A DNA stretch of 64,000 bases, from assembly GCA_934101595.1 (NCBI GenBank), contig CAKORR010000005.1:6380-70379 (forward strand). The letters run 5' to 3'. The translations under genes were made by a program, and so were the position numbers. Source of the stretch: an uncultured Bacilli bacterium. GTDB taxonomy: Bacteria; Bacillota_I; Bacilli_A; RF39; UBA660. Shown here piece after piece: positions 19,942-30,977 of the stretch. Under the pieces are notes generated by a model. The model searched no databases and was not told where the DNA came from. It worked only from the letters and a program-made list of their open reading frames with translations. Position 1 is the first letter of the stretch, and each line of letters begins with the position of its first letter.

Positions 19942-21708
19942 ATGTTAAAGGAAAAACTAAAATTAATACCACATGCTCCGGGCAGTTATCAAATGCTTAA
20001 CAAAGATGGAATAGTAATCTATGTTGGTAAAGCTAAAGATTTACATAAGAGAGTTAATTCGTATTTTAATCGTGCTCAGACGGGAAAGACTCTTTTGCTA
20101 GTGAGTGAAATTGCTGATTTAACTTATATAGTTGCAAATAGTGAATTAGAAGCTTTTATAATCGAATTAAACTTAATTAAAAAGTACGATCCTTATTATA
20201 ATATCCTTTTAAAAGATGACAAAAGTTATCCCTATATAGAATATGTAAATAAACCTTACCCTAAGCTTAAGGTTTCCAGATACCTTACGACGAGAAAGAA
20301 AGATAAATTATGTATTTTTGGACCTTATCCAAATGCTTATGCGGCTAGAAGAATAGTTAATCTTTTAAATAGATTGTATCCCCTAAAAAAGTGTGAAACA
20401 TTACCGAAAACGCCTTGTCTTTATTATCACATAAATGAATGCTTAGGATATTGTATTCATAAGGATTTATCAAATGAAATTAATGAAATGGAAAAAGAAA
20501 TTCTTGGCTTTTTAAGAGGAAATGATAAAATATTAATTAATAAAATAGAAGAAAAAATAAAAATAAACAGTGATAACTTAAATTTTGAAGTTGCTCAAGA
20601 ATTAAAAGAAGAATTGTCATATATAAAAATTGTTTTAGCTAAGCAACATGTGGAATTACATGATTATATAAATAGGGATGTCATAGGCTATTATTATGAT
20701 AATGGATTCATGTCTGTTCAAGTGTTTTTCATAAGAAATGGAAAATTAATTGGAAACTATAATAAAGTTTTTCCGCTTGTCTCAGAGCCCTTAGAAGATT
20801 TAGAATTATTTATAATTGATTTTTATAAAAACAAGGAAATACCAACGGAAATTTTTATAAATGATGAAGTAAATACACTTCTTATTAAAACGATATTGGC
20901 TGTTAACGTATTAACTCCACAAAAAGGTAAAAAAAAGGACCTTCTTAAAATGGCAAACATGAATGCCAAAATTAATCTTAATAACCAAATTGCTATATAC
21001 TTAAAAGAAACCGAAAAATCAGAGAAGCCAAATGAATCGTTACGAAAGCTTCTTAACATTTCTCATTTAAAAAGAATCGATGTATTTGATAATTCAAATT
21101 TATTTGGCTCATTTGCAGTTAGTGCCATGGTTGTCTTTAAAAATGGATTGCCCGCTAAAAAAGAGTATCGAAAATATAAAATTAGTATTGATAAGAATGA
21201 CGATTATAATACCATGAAAGAAGTTATTTATAGACGATATTATAGAGCTTTAGTTGAAAAAACTGAGCTACCTGAACTAATTTTGGTGGATGGTGGAATA
21301 AATCAAATAAATGCTTGCAAAAGTGTCTTAGAAGACCTTGAATTATCAATTAAGGTATGTGGTTTAAAGAAGGATGACCACCACAGAACAAGCAATTTAG
21401 TTGATGGTGATACATTAAAAATATATGATCTTGATAAAAAATCTGATATATTTTTATATCTAACACGTATTCAAGACGAGGTACACAGATTTACAATTAC
21501 TTATCATCGTACCTTAAGAAATAATTCTCTCAATAAAAGTGTCCTAGATAATGTTCCAGGTATTGGCAAGGAAAGAAAAAAACTTCTGTTAAAAAGCTTT
21601 GGAAGCGTTTCTAAGATTAGGAGTGCCTCATTAGAGGAATTAAAGAAATTCATTCCAGAAAAAGTTGCCATAAATTTAATGGAATATATTAAAAATAGCG
21701 AAAATTAA
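19942..21708 (+). CDS. uvrC: excinuclease ABC subunit C
   Basis: GIY-YIG N-terminus (GSYQMLNKDGIVIYVGKAKDL), UvrBC domain and C-terminal HhH. Confidence 0.95.
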   Translation: MLKEKLKLIPHAPGSYQMLNKDGIVIYVGKAKDLHKRVNSYFNRAQTGKTLLLVSEIADLTYIVANSELEAFIIELNLIKKYDPYYNILLKDDKSYPYIEYVNKPYPKLKVSRYLTTRKKDKLCIFGPYPNAYAARRIVNLLNRLYPLKKCETLPKTPCLYYHINECLGYCIHKDLSNEINEMEKEILGFLRGNDKILINKIEEKIKINSDNLNFEVAQELKEELSYIKIVLAKQHVELHDYINRDVIGYYYDNGFMSVQVFFIRNGKLIGNYNKVFPLVSEPLEDLELFIIDFYKNKEIPTEIFINDEVNTLLIKTILAVNVLTPQKGKKKDLLKMANMNAKINLNNQIAIYLKETEKSEKPNESLRKLLNISHLKRIDVFDNSNLFGSFAVSAMVVFKNGLPAKKEYRKYKISIDKNDDYNTMKEVIYRRYYRALVEKTELPELILVDGGINQINACKSVLEDLELSIKVCGLKKDDHHRTSNLVDGDTLKIYDLDKKSDIFLYLTRIQDEVHRFTITYHRTLRNNSLNKSVLDNVPGIGKERKKLLLKSFGSVSKIRSASLEELKKFIPEKVAINLMEYIKNSEN

Positions 21709-21752
21709 TTGCGCTATTTTTTTAATAATACTATAATGTTTATGGTGATGTT

Positions 21753-22886
21753 ATGAGCTTGGTGCCTTTTTTATTGGATTACAGCATTAAAGTTTCTCAT
21801 GAAACTTATTCATTTTTAAATTCTGATTTTATATTTATCCCTTATAGCAAAGAGAATTTTTCTTTTTTAGCCGAGAGTAATATGATAAAAAAGGGTAGTT
21901 TAATTGCTAAAAATAATAATCACTTATATACAAGTACTATATCCGGAAAAATTGTTGGCACAAAAAAACTAAAAAATCAAGAATTTATTGCGATAGCAAA
22001 CGACTTTAAAGAAAAAAGGCTAGATAAAATAAAAGATAATAGAAAAAGCATTAAGTCTCGCGAAGATTTAGAAAGTCTCTTAAAAAAATTCTGTGTTAAT
22101 TTTCTGATTGAACCAAATAAAAATCTTATCGTTAATTTAATTGAAAACGAACCATACATACTTTCAGATACTAGGTTTTTTAGTGATAACATTGTGGATT
22201 GTTTAGAAGTTTTAGATTTTATAAAAGTTGTATATAATTATAAAAATATAGTTATTCTTATAAAAAATACTGAAACTGAGTTATTATTAAAATTAAACGA
22301 TATAATAGGAACTTATCCAGATATTAATATAGTAACTGTGCCAAATTTATATTTAATAAATAAAAAAGAAAATTATAAAAAGTATCTTAATATTGATATA
22401 GCAAATTGTTATGAAATTAATACTGATAAATTAGAAATTTTAATAAATATAATAAAATTTAATCAGTTGCCTTGTGAAAAATATATAACTATAACTGGTG
22501 ACGCTCTTAAAAATCCAATGGTTGTTAAAGTAAAGAAAGGTGCCCTAGTAAGAAATGTTATTAAGGAATGCTTCCTTTTTATGCCCAGCGATTTAAATAT
22601 CGTATATTATATAAATAGCGTATTAAAACCCCCTGTTTTAGACATTGATGAATTAATAGTAGATGATGATTTAAAGGGAATAGTAGTTTCTTATAAAAAG
22701 GATAAGAAAAGCGAAGATTGTATAAAATGTGGACTATGTAATAAATACTGTCCAATGAATCTTGATCCAATTAAGTACTATCGTAAGAACGCAACTTTAA
22801 AATGTTTAAATTGTGGCATATGTAATTATGTTTGCCCAAGCAATATTGATTTTAAAAAAATAATAAAAGAGGATAATAATGAATAA
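21753..22886 (+). CDS. 4Fe-4S dicluster protein, RnfC-like C-terminal region
   Basis: Two CxxCxxCxxxCP ferredoxin motifs at the C-terminus (CIKCGLCNKYCP, CLNCGICNYVCP). The N-terminal domain is not recognisable. Confidence 0.3.
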   Translation: MSLVPFLLDYSIKVSHETYSFLNSDFIFIPYSKENFSFLAESNMIKKGSLIAKNNNHLYTSTISGKIVGTKKLKNQEFIAIANDFKEKRLDKIKDNRKSIKSREDLESLLKKFCVNFLIEPNKNLIVNLIENEPYILSDTRFFSDNIVDCLEVLDFIKVVYNYKNIVILIKNTETELLLKLNDIIGTYPDINIVTVPNLYLINKKENYKKYLNIDIANCYEINTDKLEILINIIKFNQLPCEKYITITGDALKNPMVVKVKKGALVRNVIKECFLFMPSDLNIVYYINSVLKPPVLDIDELIVDDDLKGIVVSYKKDKKSEDCIKCGLCNKYCPMNLDPIKYYRKNATLKCLNCGICNYVCPSNIDFKKIIKEDNNE

Positions 22887-23763
22887 AGATTTAATATATT
22901 TAAAAAATTCCAAAGACAGTTATATGAAAGTATTATTTTTAACTCTTATAATGACTTCTACATTTGGATTTTACAAAAACATAATTTGCCTTTTAAACGA
23001 AAATGTAAATGAAAAAATAATAATTAAAGCCATTTTATTTCCCTTACTTGGATTTGTTCTTGGATTTGTTTTTGACTATTTAAAAAATAAATCTCTAAAA
23101 ATAGATTACAACTCTTTAACAGGCTTTTTAGTAGGAATGCATGCATCCATTAATCTTAATGTTTTAGTATTTATTCTTTCATTTTTTGTGTTATTCATGT
23201 TAAACAAGTTAGATAAAAATAATTATTTTAATAAACCAGCAATTCTAATGCTATTATTGGCATTAATAATGGTATTCTCTGGCTCTTATGATTATCAAAA
23301 TATATTGGAAAAAAAGTATCTTTATGATTATAGTTATCTTGATAAATTAATTGGCCACCAAGTAGGAGGACTTTTTAATACTAGTGTCCTTTTGATGATT
23401 ATTAGTTATATAATACTCTCATTTAATAAATTGTATAAAAAAGATATATTTATTGTTAGTTATTTTACTTATTTAATAGTATTACTTATAATTTTTATAA
23501 TAGGCAAAAATTATAAATGGGACTTACTAATTAACTCTAACACTATTTTTTACTTGGTTTTTATTGCTTCTTTAAATATATATTCTCCATATCATAATAA
23601 AGAAAGAATCATATATAGCATTTTAATAGGTGCTATTACCGGCGTAATAATGGGACTTACAAGTTTTACGGATGCCGTGGCTATAAGTATCATTATATTA
23701 AATATATTATTTTTGTTAAAAGATACATTGTTCGACAAAATAAATAATCCTAACGTGATTTAA
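22879..23763 (+). CDS. polytopic membrane protein (possibly RnfD/NqrB-like)
   Basis: ~8 TM helices, translationally coupled to the preceding Fe-S protein. Confidence 0.25.
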   Translation: MNKDLIYLKNSKDSYMKVLFLTLIMTSTFGFYKNIICLLNENVNEKIIIKAILFPLLGFVLGFVFDYLKNKSLKIDYNSLTGFLVGMHASINLNVLVFILSFFVLFMLNKLDKNNYFNKPAILMLLLALIMVFSGSYDYQNILEKKYLYDYSYLDKLIGHQVGGLFNTSVLLMIISYIILSFNKLYKKDIFIVSYFTYLIVLLIIFIIGKNYKWDLLINSNTIFYLVFIASLNIYSPYHNKERIIYSILIGAITGVIMGLTSFTDAVAISIIILNILFLLKDTLFDKINNPNVI

Positions 23764-23770
23764 TATTATA

Positions 23771-23798
23771 AAATTCCTTTAATAAGGAATTTTTTTTA
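23771..23798 (+). terminator. intrinsic terminator
   Basis: Stem aaattcct/aggaattt with loop ttaata, followed by a T8 run. Confidence 0.5.
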
Positions 23799-23810
23799 AG
23801 GGAGGGTTAT

Positions 23811-25481
23811 ATGAAAAAAGGTGTAGTAAAGAATGTTCTATTGTTTTTATTTGCTTTAGCGTTTTTTTCGCCAATCGTTAAAGCCGAAAAATTTGTTGCA
23901 GGAGAGAGCATTACAAGTGTTCCCATTTATCTCGATAAAATCACCAAAAAGAGTTATCGTTACTTTAAACCGGCTTATCGATCAAGTGACAACACAGTAT
24001 CATATTGTGTAGAGCCAGAAAAAGTAATAAGTACCACCAAAGATTACGAAAAAGTAACAAAAAATCAATGGGAGAGATTAAATGTTTCTAAAGAAAAGTG
24101 GGATAGGTTAACCAAAATTGCTTATTTTGGATATGGATATCAAAACCATACTGACATAAAGTGGAATGCTATAACACAATATCTTATCTGGCAAGAGGTG
24201 TTGCCTAATAATTGGTTTTTAACATTTACTGATGGCTACGAGGGAGAATTTAAGAATGTGTGGGAAAATGAAACAAATGAAATCATGTCACTTATAGATG
24301 ATTTTGAAAAATCCCCAAATATTCCCCTCAATATTAATGTTACAAAAAATAAAGAAAAAATCTTAACTGATAATAACGAAATTCTTAATAAATATTCAAT
24401 TAATAATGAAAATAAAGATATTGATGTTAAGATAATTGATAATAAGTTACACATTACGGCTAAGAAAAATGGTGATTATAAAATTACCTTAAAAAGAGGT
24501 GAATTTAAAGAAACTAGTTTGTATCTTGCAAGCGGTAGTCAAGGAGTCTTGACTCGTGATGGAAAAATAGAAAATAGTATTCAAATTAATATTTCGGTTA
24601 AATCAGGGAATTTAATTATAAAACGTGAAAGAGATAATTATTTGTATAATGAGAGCACAAATTATGATGCGTTGTATGAAATTACTGATAGCGAAAATAA
24701 TAAATATACAGTTTCTACTGATCAAGAAGGAGTGATAAACTTAATAGATTTACCAACTGGTAATGTAAAGGTAAAAGAAATTACTCCATCCGTTGGCTAT
24801 TATAAGGACGAAAATATATATGTTGATAATATAAAAAGTGATGATACAACTATTATAAATATTATTCCTAAGTTAATCAAAAAGAATGTATACATATCAA
24901 AAAAATATTATTTGAAAAATGATAATCTTTTGAGAAATGAAATTGGTTCCATTTTTTCCCTTCACAAGGATGAAAAATTTCTAAAATTACGTAAAACTAA
25001 CAAAGATGGAATCGTAATGTTTGAAATACCATACGGACATTACAGAATTATGCAAAACACTTCAAAAGAAGGATATGAATTAATGAAAGATTATAACATT
25101 TTTGTTACAAATGACGAAGATGAAAATTTTCAGTTTGTCAATTATCCCATAAACGAAGAAGAACCTATCGTGATTGTTAAAGAAAAAGAAGTACCAGTAA
25201 TTGTAAAAGAGGAAGTAGAAGTAGTAAAAGAAATTGAGGTAATTAAAGAAATACCTGTAGAAAAAGAAATTGAGGTAATTAAAGAGATACCTGTAGATAA
25301 AGAAATTGAGGTAATTAAAGAGATACCTGTAGATAAAGAAATTGAGGTAATAAAGACAATAGATCCTAACGATTATATCGAGGTTGAAAATCCCCATACT
25401 GGCGATGACACATTTAAAAATGTTATAAAATTAGGGATTTCGGCGTTAACAATCATGTTTTTTAGACGAAAAATGCAATAA
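23811..25481 (+). CDS. cell-wall-anchored surface protein with candidate thioester (TQXA-like) domain and NPHTG sorting signal
   Basis: Signal peptide. YCVEP (Cys66) and AITQYLIW (Gln123) resemble thioester-domain Cys/Gln motifs. 12-aa KEIEVIKEIPVD repeats. C-terminal NPHTG, a hydrophobic stretch and an RRKMQ tail. Confidence 0.5.
   Translation: MKKGVVKNVLLFLFALAFFSPIVKAEKFVAGESITSVPIYLDKITKKSYRYFKPAYRSSDNTVSYCVEPEKVISTTKDYEKVTKNQWERLNVSKEKWDRLTKIAYFGYGYQNHTDIKWNAITQYLIWQEVLPNNWFLTFTDGYEGEFKNVWENETNEIMSLIDDFEKSPNIPLNINVTKNKEKILTDNNEILNKYSINNENKDIDVKIIDNKLHITAKKNGDYKITLKRGEFKETSLYLASGSQGVLTRDGKIENSIQINISVKSGNLIIKRERDNYLYNESTNYDALYEITDSENNKYTVSTDQEGVINLIDLPTGNVKVKEITPSVGYYKDENIYVDNIKSDDTTIINIIPKLIKKNVYISKKYYLKNDNLLRNEIGSIFSLHKDEKFLKLRKTNKDGIVMFEIPYGHYRIMQNTSKEGYELMKDYNIFVTNDEDENFQFVNYPINEEEPIVIVKEKEVPVIVKEEVEVVKEIEVIKEIPVEKEIEVIKEIPVDKEIEVIKEIPVDKEIEVIKTIDPNDYIEVENPHTGDDTFKNVIKLGISALTIMFFRRKMQ
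25230..25358 (+). repeat. 36-bp tandem repeat x3.6 (coding KEIEVIKEIPVD units)
   Basis: gaaattgaggtaattaaagagatacctgtagataaa repeated head-to-tail, with one variant unit. Confidence 0.9.
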
Positions 25482-25555
25482 ATTTGCATTTTTTTTTAAA
25501 AAATAAAGGAAAAGGAACTTTTAAACGTAATAAATAATATTAGAGAGGTGTTTAT

Positions 25556-27301
25556 ATGGCGATTCTTACTGAAAAAGAAATTGAATCCATAAGAAGCTCG
25601 GCTGATATAGTTGATATAATAAAAGATTATATCCCTCTTACTCAAAAAGGGAAAAACTATTTTGGCGTTTGTCCGTTTCATAGCGATCACTCTCCAAGTA
25701 TGAGTGTATCCAAAGAAAAACAGATATATAAATGCTTTTCTTGTGGTGCTGCAGGGAATGTATTTACTTTTGTCGCCAATTATGAGAATGTGTCATTTAT
25801 TGAAAGTGTAAAAATAGTTGCGAATAAAATAGGTTTTAGTATAGATATCTCCGATCGAAAAACTCCTGAAAGTGAAAATAATTATTTAAAAATGCTTAAT
25901 ATTGCCGAAATGTTTTATAAAAACAATTTAAACACTGAGGCTGGAAAAAATGCTATATCTTATTTAAATGAGAGAAAAATAACCAAAAACATTATAGATG
26001 AATTTAATATCGGACTATCACTAAATGATCGCACGGCGCTTTATAACATCTTAAACAAAAAAGGATTCAAAAATGTTGAAATTGAAAAAGCTGGATTAAT
26101 TGGAATAAACGGAAAAGATGTGTATGATCTTTTTATTAACCGCATAATGTTTCCAATCCATGATAATAGTGGCAATGTAGTAGGTTTCACCGCCCGCATA
26201 TTTAACGGGGAAAAGACAGCAAAATATTTAAATTCCAAAGAAAGCGAAGTCTTTAAAAAAGGGAAAATACTTTTTAATTTGCATAGAGCAAAAGAGTTTA
26301 TAAAAGAAAAGCATGAAGTAATAATAGTTGAAGGAAATATGGACGCTATAAGAATGTATAGTGTGGGCTTTAAAAATACTATCGCTCTTATGGGAACGAG
26401 TCTTACCAAAGATCAAATTAGTTTATTAAAAAAGTTGAAATCTAAAATAGTATTAATGTTTGATAACGATTCCGCCGGTGAACAGGCAACCATAAATAAT
26501 GGACAGACTCTTTTAAATGATGGATTTGATGTGAGTGTTGTAAGATTAACGGATTACAAGGATCCGGATGATTACATTAAATATTATGGGTATGATAAAA
26601 TGCTAAATGCCATTAACGGAAAAGTTAGTTTTATAGATTTTAAAATGTTTTATTTAAAAAAGAATAAAAATTTAAATAATACTGATGAACTAATAAAATA
26701 TGTAAAAGAAGTTTTAGCAAGTATTAAAGACGAAAAAGATAACCTTGCCAAAGAAATAACTATTAAAAAGCTTAGTGAGGAATACAATATTTCACCTGAT
26801 GTATTAAAAGAAGAAATAAATTTAAAAAGTAATAAGGATCAAAATATCCCTAAAAGAGAAGTTAAAAAAAATCAATTATCAAAATATGACAAAGCTGTGG
26901 AAAATATTATTAATTATCTTCTTGAAGGAAGAGAATACATAAATATTTATAATGACCATAATTTGTTTATTGATAATAAAAAATATCGAAATATTATAAA
27001 TGAAATATTGTATTATTTTGAAAAATATAATAATATAAGCGTTGCAGAATTTATTTCATATGTCGAAGACAAAAAAGATATTAATAATAGCGTTTTAAAT
27101 ATTATTGCTTCATCTAATGAAAAAATTAGTAAAAATGATTTTTTAGAAAATTTAAATGCTATTAAAGTAATGAATGCCAATAATATGATAAAACGTTTAA
27201 AAGAAGAAATGAAAACAACATTAGATAATAACAAGAAATCTTCTTTAGCACAAAAAATAATAGAAATAAAAAAGGAAGTGTTTGAAGATGAAAGAAATTA
27301 A
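25556..27301 (+). CDS. dnaG: DNA primase
   Basis: Zinc ribbon [10 protein letters not shown]...CFSCG, TOPRIM domain (EGNMDAI, DNDSAG) and a C-terminal helicase-binding region. Confidence 0.9.
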   Translation: MAILTEKEIESIRSSADIVDIIKDYIPLTQKGKNYFGVCPFHSDHSPSMSVSKEKQIYKCFSCGAAGNVFTFVANYENVSFIESVKIVANKIGFSIDISDRKTPESENNYLKMLNIAEMFYKNNLNTEAGKNAISYLNERKITKNIIDEFNIGLSLNDRTALYNILNKKGFKNVEIEKAGLIGINGKDVYDLFINRIMFPIHDNSGNVVGFTARIFNGEKTAKYLNSKESEVFKKGKILFNLHRAKEFIKEKHEVIIVEGNMDAIRMYSVGFKNTIALMGTSLTKDQISLLKKLKSKIVLMFDNDSAGEQATINNGQTLLNDGFDVSVVRLTDYKDPDDYIKYYGYDKMLNAINGKVSFIDFKMFYLKKNKNLNNTDELIKYVKEVLASIKDEKDNLAKEITIKKLSEEYNISPDVLKEEINLKSNKDQNIPKREVKKNQLSKYDKAVENIINYLLEGREYINIYNDHNLFIDNKKYRNIINEILYYFEKYNNISVAEFISYVEDKKDINNSVLNIIASSNEKISKNDFLENLNAIKVMNANNMIKRLKEEMKTTLDNNKKSSLAQKIIEIKKEVFEDERN

Positions 27302-28376
27302 AACATTTGAAGAAAGAAAAGAAGAATTAATAAAAAAAGGTAAGGGAAAAGGTTTTATAACTTTTGAAGAATTGGCTAATACATTAAAAGGATTAGATGT
27401 TGATGCGGATGCCCTCGACGAACTATATAACGCTTTTGTTGAAAATAATATTGAAGTAATAAATGAAGAAGATAGTGAATCGGATAATGCCGACAGAGAA
27501 AAAGAGCCAATTATATTAAGTGATGAAGATATCACCAAGGATGTAAATATTAATGATCCAGTAAGAATGTATCTAAAAGAAATTGGCCGTATCAGTCTTT
27601 TATCAAGTGAAGAAGAGCTTAAAATAAGTATGGCCATTGCTGAGGGAGATGAAGCAGCTAAAACAAAATTAGCCGAATCGAATCTACGACTTGTAGTATC
27701 TATCGCTAAAAGATATGTTGGGCGTGGGCTACTTTTCCTAGATTTAATTCAAGAAGGAAATATTGGGCTTATGAAAGCTGTAGAAAAATTTGATTATGGC
27801 AAAGGATATAAATTTTCAACATATGCTACATGGTGGATTAGACAGGCAATAACAAGAGCTTTAGCAGATCAAGCTAGAACTATTCGTGTTCCGGTTCATA
27901 TGGTTGAAACAATAAATAAAATGGCTCGTATTCAAAGACAATTAACTCTTGAATTGAACAGGGAACCTAGTGAAGAAGAATTAGCTGAAAAGATGGGCGT
28001 TTCAGTCGAAAAAGTAAGAGAGGTTATGAAAATAAGCCAAGAACCAGTTTCTCTTGAAACCCCAATCGGTGAGGAAGACGATTCTCATTTAGGAGATTTC
28101 TTAAAAGATGAAAATAGTATGTCTCCTGAAGAATACACCACTAATGAAATTTTAAAAGAAGAAATAAAAAATGTTTTAATGACACTTCAAGAACGTGAGC
28201 AAGAAGTATTAGAATTACGTTTTGGACTTATTGATGGAACCTGTCATACTCTAGAAGAAGTTGGAAAAAGATTTAACGTTACTAGAGAAAGAATCAGACA
28301 AATTGAGGCAAAAGCATTGCGAAAATTAAGACACCCATCTCGTGCTAAAAAACTAAAAGACTTTTTGGAAGAATAA
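27282..28376 (+). CDS. sigA: primary RNA polymerase sigma factor
   Basis: Regions 1.2 to 4 of RpoD ([33 protein letters not shown]). Conserved dnaG-sigA order. Confidence 0.95.
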   Translation: MKMKEIKTFEERKEELIKKGKGKGFITFEELANTLKGLDVDADALDELYNAFVENNIEVINEEDSESDNADREKEPIILSDEDITKDVNINDPVRMYLKEIGRISLLSSEEELKISMAIAEGDEAAKTKLAESNLRLVVSIAKRYVGRGLLFLDLIQEGNIGLMKAVEKFDYGKGYKFSTYATWWIRQAITRALADQARTIRVPVHMVETINKMARIQRQLTLELNREPSEEELAEKMGVSVEKVREVMKISQEPVSLETPIGEEDDSHLGDFLKDENSMSPEEYTTNEILKEEIKNVLMTLQEREQEVLELRFGLIDGTCHTLEEVGKRFNVTRERIRQIEAKALRKLRHPSRAKKLKDFLEE

Positions 28377-28377
28377 T

Positions 28378-29022
28378 TTGACATTATCTAAAAGATTAGA
28401 ATTAATAGCTAAAAAAGTAGAGACTGGTGATATCGTCGCTGATGTTGGTTGTGATCATGCATACTTAAGTATTTATCTTGTAAAAAACTTTATATGTGAT
28501 CACGTTATTGCTACTGAAATTTCAAAAGGGCCATACAATAATGCTAAAAATAATATTGTTTTAAATGGAGTAGAAAATAAAATTAAACTTTATCTAACTG
28601 ATGGTCTTTCTAATGTTACAGATTATATAAATACTATTATTATTTCGGGTATGGGAACTGATACGATAATGGGGATTTTAAATAATTATAATAATTTAAA
28701 TAATATTAATAAAATCATTATTTCTTCTCATAATAAGTATAGCCATATGCGCAAATTTTTGAATCAGATTGGTTTTATTATTGTTGATGAGGAATATATA
28801 AATGATAAAAATAAAATGTATTTGGTTATGACCGCTAAAAAAAGTTCAAAAAAAAATACTTCTAATGAAATAAATTATGGATTAAAACTTAAAAAGAATG
28901 TATTTTTCTATGAATGGTATCTAAAAAAAATATTATTACTACTTAAGAAAGTACCTAAATATAGTACACGCTATCAAGAATTAGAAAAAGAAATTGAAAT
29001 TATAAAAGAATACATTAATTAA
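28378..29022 (+). CDS. trmK: tRNA (adenine22-N1)-methyltransferase TrmK-like
   Basis: SAM-MTase N-terminus (DVGCDHAYLSIYL). Position after sigA matches Bacillus yqfN. TTG start. Confidence 0.7.
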   Translation: MTLSKRLELIAKKVETGDIVADVGCDHAYLSIYLVKNFICDHVIATEISKGPYNNAKNNIVLNGVENKIKLYLTDGLSNVTDYINTIIISGMGTDTIMGILNNYNNLNNINKIIISSHNKYSHMRKFLNQIGFIIVDEEYINDKNKMYLVMTAKKSSKKNTSNEINYGLKLKKNVFFYEWYLKKILLLLKKVPKYSTRYQELEKEIEIIKEYIN

Positions 29023-29302
29023 AAAATACAGGTGTATTTATATTCGAAACAGCAGTAGTTGCTGTTTTTTCTTTATTTAAAGTTTCTTTATTATCAAGAT
29101 TTTTTACTGTTGGCTTGTCACTTTTTGTTCCTCTAAATTCCTTTAAAACTCCTAATATAGTTTTTGCATTTCCTATTACAGGTTTTATCTCTTTATATAA
29201 AGGTATTAACTGATTAACGACTGTAAGACTTTTAGAAATTCCAGAAATAACTTTGGCAAATGTTAAACCTCCAGTTGTAACACTTGAAAACATAATAACC
29301 AC
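29015..29302 (-). CDS. hypothetical small protein
   Basis: 95-aa ORF convergent with trmK. No recognisable motif. Confidence 0.2.
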   Translation of the reverse strand: MVIMFSSVTTGGLTFAKVISGISKSLTVVNQLIPLYKEIKPVIGNAKTILGVLKEFRGTKSDKPTVKNLDNKETLNKEKTATTAVSNINTPVFFN

Positions 29303-29591
29303 CTATTACAATATATGCCAATTTTAGCATTTGATTAAAAAAACATGAATTTTATAGAAAACAAAAATAAAGTGTGTTATACTACCTATAGTGAATGTAA
29401 AGGGTGTTATTATGGAAACGAGTAATCCAAAAAAAATTAATGCGTTATTATTTCCTTTTTTAAATATATATTATATTTTATTAAATGCCTTTAATGGACT
29501 TGTTTTTGTTATATTTAGACTTCCAGTAATATTATTTGAAATGATCAGTTTTAGACTTGACAAAACATATCGTAAATTTAAAGGCGAAAAT

Positions 29592-30968
29592 ATGAAGCCT
29601 GAGCTTAATTTACGTAATACCATTATGCAAGGGCCTAAAAAAAGAGTATATAAATATAGCGAAAGAACTCTAGCTAAGATGTCACAATATAAAGCAGCAT
29701 TATTAAAAGAATTGAGCGATGATACTGAAACTAGGAGTAAAACCCCAATAATATATTACTTTAAAGCTATGGATCCTGATGGAAAAATCATAAGTGGAAC
29801 TATGTATGGTTATACCAAAGTTGATGTAAACTCATTTTTACTAAATGAAGGTTACGACGTTTATATGATAAAAAATAATAAATGGGTTGACTTTTTATAT
29901 GGAGAAACAACGATATTTAAACCAACAATGTCAGTAAAAGATTTATTATTTTGGCTAACTCAATTAAGTACGTATTTAAAGGCGGGTATTACATTGACTG
30001 AGGCTGTTAGGATTCTTTCTAAACAAATGGGAGAGAAAAATAAAATCAAGCAAAGAGCATTTAAAGCGATATCATATGAACTTTCTTTAGGAGAATCTTT
30101 TTCAGGTGCTTTGGAAAAGCAAGGCTCAATGTTTCCGGCACTATTAATTAATATGATAAGAGCAGCCGAAGCAACGGGCACTTTAACTGATACTCTAGAT
30201 GATATGGCCAATTATTATAGTGAGCTAGATAAAACTAGAAAACAAATGATAAGTGCTATGACCTATCCGGCAATCATCATGGTTTTTGCTATCGGTGTTA
30301 TTACTTTCATAATGATTTATGTAATTCCGGAATTTGTAGGAATATACTCTGAATCTGGAGCCAAAATTACTGGTTTAACGGCATTCATCATTAATGCAAG
30401 TAAGTTTTTAACAAATAATATTATTTATATAATATTAGGGATTGCAGCTTTTATCATTGTTTTTGCAATTTTATATAAAAAAGTTACCACTTTTAGAGCT
30501 GTTGTACAATCGTTTTTAATGCATCTACCCGTTATTAGTAAAATTATAATATATAACGAATTAACTATTTTTACTAAAACATTTGCATCCCTTTTAAAAA
30601 ATAATGTATTTATTACTGATAGTATGACTATATTAAGCAAGATAACCAATAATGAAATTTATAAAAATATAATGTATGAGACAGTTAATAATATAGTAAA
30701 GGGAAACAAAATTAGTGATTCATTCAAAAATCACTGGGCTATACCTGACGTTGCATATTATATGATTGTTACTGGTGAAAGTACTGGTGAACTTGCTGAA
30801 ATGATGGACAAAGTAAGTGTGTATTATCAAGAAATGCATCGTAATATCGTTAATAATTTAAAGAGTTTTATTGAACCAGTAATGGTTACAGCTCTTTCTA
30901 TTATAGTTGGAATAATAATTTTAGCAGTCATCATTCCTATGTTTGGCATGTATGAACAGATAGAATAG
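29592..30968 (+). CDS. type IV pilus/T2SS platform protein PilC/GspF family
   Basis: N-terminal cytoplasmic domain (YYFKAMDPDGKIISGTMYGYTKVDVNSFLLNEGYDVYMI) and two T2SSF repeats. The ATG at 29592 follows an RBS aaaggcga. The ORF-track start is 29391. Confidence 0.75.
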   Translation: MKPELNLRNTIMQGPKKRVYKYSERTLAKMSQYKAALLKELSDDTETRSKTPIIYYFKAMDPDGKIISGTMYGYTKVDVNSFLLNEGYDVYMIKNNKWVDFLYGETTIFKPTMSVKDLLFWLTQLSTYLKAGITLTEAVRILSKQMGEKNKIKQRAFKAISYELSLGESFSGALEKQGSMFPALLINMIRAAEATGTLTDTLDDMANYYSELDKTRKQMISAMTYPAIIMVFAIGVITFIMIYVIPEFVGIYSESGAKITGLTAFIINASKFLTNNIIYIILGIAAFIIVFAILYKKVTTFRAVVQSFLMHLPVISKIIIYNELTIFTKTFASLLKNNVFITDSMTILSKITNNEIYKNIMYETVNNIVKGNKISDSFKNHWAIPDVAYYMIVTGESTGELAEMMDKVSVYYQEMHRNIVNNLKSFIEPVMVTALSIIVGIIILAVIIPMFGMYEQIE

Positions 30969-30977
30969 GGGAGTAAT

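Noticed and set aside
25230-25358. Possible CRISPR-like array (regular 36-bp repeats)
   Set aside because: Repeats are contiguous without spacers and are in frame inside a coding sequence. No cas genes.
25080-25397. 105-aa - strand ORF rich in Y/F/N
   Set aside because: Antisense reading of the 36-bp tandem repeat region of the surface protein gene.
27245-27637. 130-aa - strand Ser-rich ORF
   Set aside because: Antisense to the highly conserved sigA 5' region.
29015-29302. Double-glycine-leader bacteriocin precursor (MVIMFSSVTTGG...)
   Set aside because: The leader does not fit the LSxxELxxIxGG consensus. No ABC transporter, peptidase or immunity gene nearby.
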